Both the position numbers and the translations under genes were made by a program. Under the pieces are notes generated by a model that saw only the letters and a program-made list of their open reading frames with translations, did no database searches and was not told the origin of the DNA. 64,000 nt of DNA from NCBI RefSeq assembly GCF_022539665.2, contig NC_081332.1, forward strand, positions 2,790,001 to 2,854,000, read 5' to 3'. Source of the stretch: Daphnia carinata (taxonomy: Eukaryota). Positions 53,101 through 64,000 of the stretch are shown here, one piece after another (positions within the stretch are counted from its first letter, which is position 1; each line of letters starts with the position of its first letter).

Positions 53101-53904
53101 AAGGCAAAAAAAGAGATGAAACGATACGTGTGTTTCAGCTATTCGCCTCGGCTTCAACAGGAGTAACACTGAAAGATGCTTAAGCATTTTCGCGAATAGA
53201 GTTTCGTCGAGCTGACGATTTTGGAAGGCAATGAAAGTCTGGGCAATAACGTAAATGACTCTGATATCCAACAGCTTTGCTAATAGCTTTGAATGACGCT
53301 ACAAAAATCGGTCCTTCACCCACACTTTCAACAACTTAATGCAAGACGCTTTTCCCTCGGGGTATTTACGTCGAAAGTGTCAAACTGTAAGACCAAAAAG
53401 GAAAAATGGGAAAGCAAGAAACTGGGCGATTGCAAGCTGCACATACCTTTACGTTGAATCACACATGGACCAAGAACTGCCCACAACTTCAACAATAATC
53501 TCGAAATACTCGCTTTTCGCTCGAGTTACGATGTTGTCAAACGAGTCACACGCGCACGTACACACACTTCGGATTTCGTCTGCTGCCGGTGGGTGCTTGT
53601 CGCCGATGCAAACGTTCCAGCTGTGGCGATTTGGCAGGGGATCCATCAATCCTTCAACGCTATGGTAAACAGGGCGTCCTTTGGCTCGCCGATCTTTCAG
53701 TCGCAACGCCTGTAATTCCTGGAACAAAACCTCACCCATCCTCATGTGATGCGAGTATATGTTAATGTTAACTGTGTTAAAAATGAGTTCAAAATGTATG
53801 TTAGAAAAAACTAATTCTAACTGTAAGAAAACTGTTACCCATTGCATACCATTTGTTAGATTTGCCAATCTTTTTTTTGTGAGTAACGGACAAAAAGTTT
53901 AACC

Positions 53905-54085
53905 CCGACCCATCGGGCTTAAACTGCATCTACTTTTACATCTCAGATTATACTCAAAAACCATAAATTCGACGCCAAATTTCGTTTTCGTTATTGTCGC
54001 TAAATTCTAAATCTTAATCGTGTACATTATTAACTATTACTTTTTTAAAAACTTTGAAAAGGAGAAGTCGGGCTTAAAATTTATG
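53905..54085 (-). repeat. Diverged monomer of the 180-bp repeat family
   Basis: tcgggcttaaa..ctactttta..ctcaaaaaccataaa..aagtcgggctt aligns to the reverse complement of the 11390-12188 unit. Confidence 0.7.
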
Positions 54086-54395
54086 GCGCGGCTAATTAAA
54101 TATTTTTCGAATAAAACCTAAAAGAAAAGAAATCGGGGTGTTAACATCACACAATGTTAGTTTGTTTTAAAAACGGCTGGTTTAACGAGAAAACCACTTA
54201 CATAATCAAACTTAGTGTTCAATTTTGGCTGTGCCGTGTGATTTTAGAAGAAGAAGCGTCGAATTTCGGCATTCCATGCCACGGCTCAACTATAGAGCGA
54301 TGGATTATAACTATGCAAAGACTGTTTCTTGATTTCATCTGGAAGCAACGTATTGACACTTGTACTTGATCAATAGACTTTGTATTCCAGTTGTG

Positions 54396-57300
54396 TTAAG
54401 GTATGCAATTTCCGTTTAAAATGCGCAGTTCTCCAAATACAAGCTGAAGGTTGGTTCTAGATGACAAAACCGGATCGTCCTCCGACCTAGGTCCAGCTTG
54501 CTGGAAATGGAGCTTAAACGGTGTACGTATACGACTGGCAGCCAACTTTACTTGTATCCATTTGCTTTGGACGCCGCTGGATATGGGAACAACCACTGAC
54601 TGGCTTTTTTCTGGCTGGATTTTTATCAATAAAGGCGGGATAACCAACGACGTTTCTTCTTCGTCTTCGTCAATCTCAACCCTCTGTTTCATTTGAAAGC
54701 TCAAGCAAACGTGAGTATTTTTTACTGGGGCTGGAAAGCTTTGGTTGATTTGCAATTCCGTCAACTGGCCCACTGCGACACGCGTCTCCAAATAGCCTAC
54801 TGAAAGGAGAACAAATCATTAAGAATTTGGTAGGGCATAGTTATTAGCAGCGGTTATCGAAAAACAAAAGGTTCTATCAAGAAAGCTAATACGACCGGAA
54901 ACATTGTCGAAGGTTGAATTCTCTCTTGAACGAATAGTTACTCTGTCAAAATTGTCTATCCCTAACACGAATTCGTGAATGAAATTAAACTCGTCAGAGG
55001 CGCATCGGCCGTCTACTAGCAATTTTTTCTACTACGACTGGCTATGTGAGAAAACTTTGACGTCACAAGAGAGCAAGTATACTTGCTTTGGTTCGCGGAA
55101 GAGGTTTGCGGTCGAAAACTCCAAGCAGTGCCCTTAAAGACGGCTCGACATGCTCCTCTGCCCACTTGACAGACGAAATCTTTCTCGACTGTGGCCACGG
55201 ACGCGTTGTTGGCCAATGCTGGTAATGATAATTGTTGGCTTGTTGGCTTCGTAATCGTTCCTGGCGTAGCTGCGATGGGTTTCTGCATTACAGGTGACTG
55301 GGTGACTATAACTGGCATAGTCACCGTCGGCCGCTGCGTGACTATAACTGGCTTATTCACCGCCGGCCGCTGCGTGACAAGAGCCGCCACCATGGCTTGC
55401 GTAGGTCGTTGTACAACTGAACCACTAGATGTCGTCACTTTCAACGGTGGACGAATAGGTTTGCTTGTAGGCCGGGGTAATATTTCATTGAATAATTCTT
55501 CGGCAGGCGATTCAACTGAGCTTTCGGGATTTTTCTTTGTGGATTCTGATGAAAGTGACAAAAACATAGCAATAAATGAATAGCTCTAACGATAAGTAGC
55601 CACTGCAATTCTGTACCGCACAGATTGGGGAAACGGGTGCTGCAGGCAGTGGTGGCAGGACATTGTGAGCACGGCGTTCCGATCTTGTAGCTGGGTAATC
55701 CGACAAAATTTCCAGCCGGCCCGTAGTTACAGACATAGAGATTAGTCTCGAAGGTTCCGTTGTCACGGAAGGACGTGAATCCGCAACCGACGCGGTTTGT
55801 GTCCGCCCAGATAATTTGACTGTAGTGACCCGTTACAACTGAGAACCTGCGCACCATTTGAAAGAAATAAAACAAGTATTTAGACTATCTGAGCCATCCG
55901 TACCGAGTCCTTAAAGGCTTTCTGTTTCCTGCAAGCCACACGGCTTCCATACACAAATAATTCAAGGAGAAACGATCAAGAACCGAATCAGTGGATGGTT
56001 GCCTTAGCAATACAGCATTAAATCGAATGAGGGTATTGCCCTGTATTAAACAAACGAACTTAAAAATATATATATATATGTCTATTCATTACGTATTTTT
56101 TGCCCCCTCTCCATTTTGCGAATATGACAAACGTTGCCAAGAGGTTTTGTTCGATTGAATTGCCGAAAAGCTTGGATACAGTGCGGGGAAAGGTTGATGA
56201 GCCATTACCATCGAGAAGATTGAACGCCGGACTGTGTCACGCTGTGAGTATTCATGAACCGCTTGAGCTTTCAGATTTAATCTGTCCATAATAAAGTTTC
56301 TTGAAGATTTTCTTGGTACCGTTCGTTCTTTTCTCTCTTGCTTCCGGCGTTGTACGTCTCTGTGCTCTATACAAGTGCTATTCAATATAAACGTTTCGGA
56401 ATTGTGTTTGTGCTTGTACAGCGCGGATCCTTTTAACGTAATGAAAACATACGTTACGCAGGTAAGAGTGAAGTTAGTACGCATTTCTACCCTCTGCATT
56501 CTGGTAATGCTTGCAACCGTAAGCACTACTTAAAAAAAAAACTCGTCTTCATTTTAAAACAAAATAAGATGTTTGTTTTTTTCTCAGAAACGAATTGAGC
56601 GCAATGACTAGCTCACGACTTTCTCCTTGGTCTGCACGTTCTCAAAGTCGCACGCAGCCACAGTAGTTGGTGATCAAGCTGACGAGACAGCTACCGTGGC
56701 TGATGATAAGCATCGAAAGGGGAAATTAACAAGTAAGACGTTACCAAAACTAATCAGTATGAAAAAAGCTACGGCGAAATGCTTTGGGTCTACGCCTTTG
56801 ACAAACTTCGACAAATCCACGTTGCCTGAACTGAAATTCGTTATGACAAGACAAGTCTAAAATTGAAAGCCGAAAAGTGTGCGTCCCTACTGCACAACTA
56901 GATCGAATTCGACGCAAAAGAATAATCGGGGAAGTGTATAAGTTTTGCGGCCCTGCATTCTTTTGCATAAGCCCGTAACAGCCGGGTTGTAAAGCGGAGC
57001 TCCTGGGTCGATATGGACTGCGTACGAATATAGTATGTGAAAGAGTTTACTAGATTGTGAATCTTACTCGAATTTGCGGGCCGACGTGTTTGGAAACTCT
57101 GCCACTTCCTCGTACCATCTGGTCACCTGCTTTTTCCAATTGATCGGCAAACGCGGACCGTTTGTCCATTCAACGGCCAAGTTCTGGCCAACTGGGAATC
57201 GAGCTGAAAAAGCAGTGGTCACTTAGGTTTCAACTGTCACACGTTAACGTCAATATGCCCGTGGCAAACGAACGTCCAAGAGAAGAAACACGACGTGTTT

Positions 57301-57965
57301 CGCTGATGGCATTCACATTTTGCATCCAACAGGACAACAATAATAGCGAAAGGTAGAAATGATGTTTAAAGCGAGTCGTTCGTATTGAGCGCTTACCCAC
57401 TTTGCGGCATTCGTTGCAGTCGTGTTCAAATAGACATTGCTCAGCGTGGCGTTGAGCGACGGCAGCCAGCTCTTCGTCCCACATCTGATTACATTCAAAA
57501 ACACATTTTGTTGCATCGAAAGAGGAAAAAAAAAAAAAAAATGAAAAAAAGATAAAGTAAAAGAGATTGACGACATGATTCCAGTTGCGCTTCTAAGTCA
57601 AATCAGAGCATCAAAGCGCACTCTCTTTTTTTTTTTAAGTGTTATTTGACAAGACATGGAGAATGCTTTTGCCCACCTACCATCATTTGCATATTGGAAG
57701 CTTGGGGTTGGGGACCGGGCTGGCCTCGCGACTCTTGACCGGACGCCACGATCGACCGCAGCGTGTTGTGCGTCTGCAAAATCATTTGCCGGTTATTTCT
57801 GTCCAAGCCACGTGTCGATACAGTTCCATCACATTTCGCCCCGTCACTCTGTCACACATAATTCAAAATGGGAAAAAAAAAAAAAATAAAAATAAATAAA
57901 TCAAATGACGTCAGCCGTGAAAGAAAGTTGTTCTAAATCATAATGACTGATATACAAACGAAAAC

Positions 57966-57998
<33 letters not shown>

Positions 57999-58842
57999 AA
58001 AAGTGTAGAAAGGCATGGCTCGATTTGTTATGATTCGCTGCGACATGATTTGACATGAGAGCCGACTGAATCTTTCATCATCTGTCATTGGAAAAAGCTC
58101 TTTAAATTCTTGCGAAAAACGGTGTCATGTTAACCCTCCCATACGAAACGTCCTCAACGATCCAATTGAAAAAAACAAACAAAAAAAAAAACAAAAAAAA
58201 CTACTGCTGTTTGCATCGTCTGTTTTACTCATTCCGTCTCTTCTTGTCCCTGGTCTGGTTGCATCTTCTTCAACATGTCGGCTAACAAGAAAACGCGATT
58301 TATTCGGCGGTGCAATTTGATTTCGAACAGACGGGATCAAAAGTCTAAAAGGAGGGTAATGGAAAAGAGCTGCATTACAGCAATCCGTTGTGCCATGAAA
58401 CCAGTTGTTACAACAACAACAATAACAACAACTTGTTATACGACGTACAAAAAAAACAAACAAACAAAAAAACTCGCCGTGCTTCTGAAGAGATTTCTCT
58501 TTTACGTTCCCCAGATATGAAGAAACTGCCACAATCCCCCCCCCCCCCCCCCTTGATTTGATACCATCGTAAAGTGCACAACAGTCAGCGGGTGCACCGT
58601 TTTAAAACGAAATCCCTCTCGCCCAATTCTCGCCAAGCAATCCAAGAGAGTTCCAAGAGAATAAATCAAAGCGCTCCCCATTGCAGACTCGCATTTTTAT
58701 AATGATGAGCCTAGCACATTCTTACCAGGAATCGACACATTGTGTGCTGTGATGAGAGACGGCAGTACGGGGAATGATCCTGAGCCCGACATGAGATTAT
58801 CAAAGCGGCCAGGAACGCAACAAATGAATGCGCGATCATCAT
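54396..58842 (-). CDS. Secreted CAP/SCP (venom allergen-5-like) protein with Pro/Thr linker and C-terminal MAM-like domain
   Basis: Signal MMIAHSFVAFLAALIISCRA; YCRLSSQHTMC; HNTLRSIVASG..QPQASNM; WDEELAAVAQRHAEQC..HD; GQNLA; WYEE; GHYSQIIWA..VGCG; YVCNYGPAGN; VTQRP repeats; C-terminal VCLSF..W..GNC. Possible extra upstream exons near 59290-59750. Confidence 0.9.
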
Positions 58843-60785
58843 CTTACGAATGTAGTTTGCACTGGATGTTTTGCAGATCCACTGTTGAATTCCAATTGTG
58901 AAAAGCCCAAATCAGAAAGACACATACGTAATAAAGAAAGTGAAAGTATACAATCCGTTCAAAATGCGAGTAAAAAAAAAATACGTTAGAACTTTTTGCT
59001 ACTTACGTCTTGACACAAACGGTATGTTCGCCAATGACAAGCGATTGGTCGAGAATGCGAGAACTAGTTAGTTATCCTTCTTTTATAAACTAGCGCCCGT
59101 GAGTTGGACACGAGATAATGCCAAAGCGCCCCAAGGCTCCAACTTTTCCTTTCCTTCGTCTTCATTTGAGTGTCATAACTAATGTCGACGTCGTTATGCG
59201 TACAGTAATAACAGTTGACTCTACATAAAAATACAAAAATTCATTAGAAACAAAGGACATTTGCCAAGGTTTTAAAAACACCTTACCATTAACGTCCAAG
59301 GAAGGTGATGGTGGTTTGACGAAATCAGCACATTCGTTCCGTAATTTGCACGTGAAAACACACGTACGTACGTACATACACACACATACACACATACACA
59401 CATACACACACACACGTATGTGGATCAATACAATATTCGATCAATAGGGGACTAGGGGAACGAAATGAATTCATAATGCTCGGCATTCAAAATAGATGTC
59501 TATGAGTTTCGAAGGTGTTTCGTTCGGTCGCCTATCGAATTACGCAGTCGATTCGGAAGCGCTCGGTCGATTCCGTACGTCCTACATGGCCAGTCAAGTA
59601 AATCCTTAAAACTTCTTCCTACTTTTTCTTTTTTTTTTTTTTGCTGTTGTTGTTGTTTTTTGTTCTGCCTTTCCCCACCCCATCTGTTCCATAGACTTAC
59701 ATGCCCAAGCAGCAAGGTCGAAATCATCAATGACATTCTTCGAGACATAACCGCTGCGGTCGTTTGAATCCTACCGAAAACACTGTTGTACAACAACAAA
59801 AATGAGCTAGATAAGCCCGCCAGCCGGCACGCGCATGTCTGGCATAAAGTGGGGTACAACTTCCGCCAGTCGTCGGCTGTAATTAAAGTCATACGCAACA
59901 GCGGTACAAACCCAGAAAAACGGAAGGGAAACGAAATAAAGCCAAGGAAAATGAGATCGAAACGCGTAACAGTGTGTCTAACAGACACGCATAGTAAACA
60001 CATCTAGCCGATGAAGAAATGATGGGGAAAAAAAAAACAACAAAAAAACAAAAAAAAACAAACAAACATAATGAAGCCTATAAAAATAATGCACACACAA
60101 ACCTCATTCGTTTTTGTTGTCTTCCTTGAAATGGAAAAACATCCAAGGTTTGGCTCTGATGAAACAATCCGTCTCGGGTAAAACTTGTCTCTATCGCCCC
60201 CTTTTGTTTTCGCTCTCGTTTGTCCTCTCTTCCCACCTTGCGCACTGCCTTCGACGTCGAAGAAGAAAAACACTGGGCTCCCCTCGTCGAATGGAAACGA
60301 GTAAGTTCATCTCCCATTTTTTTTTTTTTTTTTTTTTTTTTGTCTTGGCTCGAACAAAGATGAAGCATCGACGGGCTCCTTTTGACGAACTCTCTTGATA
60401 CTTCTTCTTTTTCAGCTCGTTGTTGTTGTATTTGCATTTGCGGCGTGAAAGACACAAATTCGATTTGGCTTTGGCTTTTGCCACCATTCAAACGTCGTGC
60501 TTCTGTTTCTCGGCTTGCTCCTTTCGCACACACTTTTGCTGCTGTGTGCGTCGACCCCCCCCCCCCCTCCCATCCACCCCCGCCAACAACTACAGCCGTT
60601 GGCTCTCGACCGGCACAGTAATCAGATCTGTCAGTAGGGTAGAGTATATCAGTGCGTCGATGCGGCAAATATTAGACAGCGGCGTCGGGTATAACCATGC
60701 CTCATTATCTTCTTTCATGTAGCCCCAGAAGAAGATGAAGAAGAAAAAAGAGCTTCGTCGACGAGCGTTTCTACGGCGACTCCAA

Positions 60786-60788
<3 letters not shown>

Positions 60789-60840
<52 letters not shown>
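60789..60840 (+). repeat. (AC)n microsatellite
   Basis: Direct reading. Confidence 0.95.
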
Positions 60841-60845
<5 letters not shown>

Positions 60846-61641
60846 AGGTCCTACAAGATACACTGTTTGTGGCTCCCCCATCGGCTCTAATAAAAAGAAA
60901 CAAACTCAAGAGCCAAAAGCATTAATGACTGACATATTATTTTCTTCTTCTTTTTTTTTTTTTGGTTGTTTTTTGTTTTGTTATGTTCAAACACTGACCA
61001 TTCATTCTCCCTTCCAGCTAATCATCACGATCTTCATCACTGGGGCGTGGTTTTACTGGGCATTGATAGGAAGAAATGGATTCCACCAAAGGAAATCCGG
61101 TTAAAACGAAGCAGAGAAGTTAAAATTGTGAAAATAATAACAAATAATCATCGAAATTGAAATACAGATTGGGAAGGAGAGAGGGCGACGCAGTGCTTAA
61201 TGTCATTATATAGAAATATATGGAGGATAGCATTACATTTTTTTTTTTCTTCTTAAAATCACCGTTCGCGCACACAGTACAACGAAAAAAAAAAAAAAAA
61301 ATGAATGGGATATAGGATTTAGAGATGAAAAATAAAGGTGTCGAATGTCTTGTTTGTCACGTACTACGTCATGCGAGATGACGATGACACTCGTAATATA
61401 GAATATAATATACTTAATAATAGAGTTATAATAATAATGATGATAAAAAAAAAGAAGAATAAGAGTATAGTAGGAAAGGTAAAAGACATTTTTTTCACTT
61501 TTGTTTCTTAAAAACAACCTCTCATTGAAAAAAAAAAAAAAAAAAAAAAAAAGAAATCAACTTTTTTTTTTCTTGACATTTTTTTGTTGTCGCCGTTCGG
61601 ACACATCTAGGTCCTAAAATGTATCGGACGCTCCAATCATT

Positions 61642-62539
61642 TCAAGTGGCTGGAGACGGAGACGAATTGCCAAAAAGCCAGCGCTGGATGGAATACTGTA
61701 ATGTAATTACTTGAACGGCCCACAGGCATTTGGCACCCAAATGGGCAGCCCTTTCTGCCCCATTGGTCGACGGACTCCTGTTCCCTCGTTGCATGGCTGC
61801 CGGATGCTCACCTGAGCATACACACATATCCAATCGCACACCCCCACATAACGAAATAATCCGATTTCAAGTCATACAGATTTTAAACTTAAACCTTTTT
61901 TTTCCTAAAAAATTAGTTTTTTTTTTTTTTTTTTTTGAAGTTTTACCGTTTAGGACGTGAACGGTGACGTCGGCAGGTTGAGCGCCGGGTGGGGCGCAAG
62001 TGTAGTTCCCTTTCATGTATCCAAATGAGATCCATCATCATTATTGGACGAGATGTAAAAGAGTGACGTGGGATGTGGAATAATCAAACACAAACATAGT
62101 CCAAATGAATTGAATAATAGAAAAAAAAAAAAAAAAAAAAGAGATCTAGAAGACGCGCTTAGAACTAGAATAGAAAAGAAGACGTGGTTACGGGTCATTA
62201 CCTGCGTCTTGAAGGGTGGCGCGCGTGAGGAGCAATTTGGACGACATTCCGATGGCCGTTCGTTCCGTCTCCAGCGATATCCCGCCGCGCGGAGAATCGA
62301 GCGCGACTGCGCTCCGGTCAAAGCGAGACACGCAGTTTCAAACAGATACAATCCGTTAATATGGTATCTATAGTTATTATTTAAAAAAATGTTGAATCAC
62401 TTACTGGGCTTGGAATCGTGAAACCAAAAGAGAACACGAGGTGGGATAGCTCCTGATCCTTGGATGATGCACGTCAAGCTGATGGTGCTGCCCGTTCGGA
62501 CGTAAAGTTCAGAGGCTCCGACGATCGACGCTATGGCAG
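61642..62539 (-). CDS. Dpr-family (defective proboscis extension response) Ig protein, 3' exons; 5' part not identified, probably beyond the window
   Basis: Spliced: ELYVRTGSTISLTCII..FWFH; DSPRGGISLETERT..SKLLLTRATLQDAGNYTCAP..ADVTVHVLNGEHPAAMQ. These are characteristic Dpr second-Ig and tail motifs. Confidence 0.88.
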
Positions 62540-64000
62540 CTGTCAAAACATTGAAAACAAAATAAGAAAATAAGGAAAAACATAGATCAAGACAAAATCG
62601 AATCCAATGAGGTGTACATAAATAACTTATTGATGATATTGTCACATATATTTATGTGTAGAACTTTATGTAGAATTCAGGCAAACGAGAGAAAAAAAAA
62701 AAGAAAAAGAAAGAAAGACGGGCGGAAGGGAAGAGCATCATTTTTCAGGCTATTGATCAAAGTTTGGCAGGGTAGGTTCGGTCGGTTGCTCAGCTGTTTA
62801 GAAACGGGAGCATGGATAAATAGGTGGCGAAACGCAGAGCAAAAAGGAGACGATCAGTCACACAAATCATCGTGGAACGGCGACTGTCATCACGAACGCA
62901 TCGTCGTGACGTTCTTAATGCCTGCCTCCAACAACTACTTATACAGTACAGGCAATAAGAGAATTAAAGACGAAGCAAATTCAGCCACTTTCCATCCATT
63001 TCCTGTTACGTACTGCAACCAGGCGACCACTTAACTCGTTGCCTCTTTCATCTCGACGTTGTCTCGCCCGAGCCACTAGTCGTGTGCGTGTGTCATCAGA
63101 GTCGAGTTACGGCCGGCTCAACATTCATCCATCTCACTGAAATGAGACTTGCTAGATAAGCTGCCCGTCAACGTTTGCACAGCATCTCTCTCATCCTCAA
63201 CCCATCGTCTAACCAACGAAGATGAATTGGCCTCTTACAATGCCAATCGCATTTGCTTTTTCTCCCTAAGAACTTTTCTTCATCGAGACAGCCAAAAACA
63301 GCAACCATTTCAAAGTGCAGCTGAAAAAGAATGCTAGTCCGCCATACCACCCTCAAAATATCTTTTTGTCGGGTCCGGTTGCGATTCTTATTCTGTTGCT
63401 TTGTCGTCATCAACAAGTCGACCCAACTGCTGGTCCATCAGGAGCGGACGTGAGTGTAAGACGTCGCAAGTTGGCCACGACTTTTGGCCGTTTTCTTTTT
63501 TTTTTTTTTTTTTTTTTTTTTGTTTTTCAACAAAATCAACAGAAGCTCGGACTGCAAGCGACTTGCTTATGTTGATGAGGAACTATGTGCACAACGTGGA
63601 GGAGAACTTGACGCAACTCGGATGCCCAGCCAAACTGAATTTACCAGCCCTATTTTCATTTGTTTATCTCGCATAAATAAACGACCCACTCGAGCAGAGT
63701 TGACACGACCTGCTGCTAAACTTGCTGTGTGATGCGCTCAATTGAGACAGAGAGAGAAAGACAATAGTCTTGAAACAAAACACTTCCGAGTCTTGGAGAA
63801 AGAAACAAACAAAAGGCCTATGCGCGATGGTGCTGTAGGGTAGGGGCGTAGGCGGGGGGGGGGGGGGGGGGAGAGGGGAGGAAGCGCAGTTAGACAGTTG
63901 TGTCACCGAAAACAAAACAGGGCCGTTAAACAAACCGGGCGGTTCGGAGCACATCCCGCGGATCATTCCGCACGGATTGAGAGCGCCATCATCGCCAGTC

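Noticed and set aside
59900..64000. Many 60-200 aa ORFs (poly-K/F, VCVC)
   Set aside because: Products of homopolymers and microsatellites in introns/UTRs, or antisense to real exons.

Overview
Eukaryotic, AT-rich arthropod DNA with very short (~60-70 nt) GT-AG introns, most consistent with a Daphnia-like branchiopod crustacean (inference from gene structure and protein style). Conserved genes recognisable after manual splicing: two copies of NAA25/psidin (1-2808 partial; 31499-35380 full length), the 5' part of a vitellogenin/large-lipid-transfer-type gene cut by a 100-N gap, FBXO47, syntaxin-1A with two alternative transmembrane exons, a CAP (venom allergen-5/SCP) + mucin-linker + MAM-like gene, and the 3' part of a Dpr-family Ig gene. 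About half the window is one accessory block present three times: 1-11073 repeats directly at 32576-43642, and ~37055-44760 is mirrored at ~45625-52995 as a ~16-kb imperfect palindrome. The block carries a decayed HP1-like gene (direct copies only) and a 13-unit SPKR-rich exon/intron array. The palindrome centre is a cluster of tRNA-derived Pol III-type elements plus a GCGAAGC mini-hairpin, and members of a 180-bp repeat family flank the region. A 91-bp, almost purely synonymous 18-substitution tract separates the otherwise near-identical NAA25 copies. Some duplication and the homopolymer frameshifts may be assembly artefacts.
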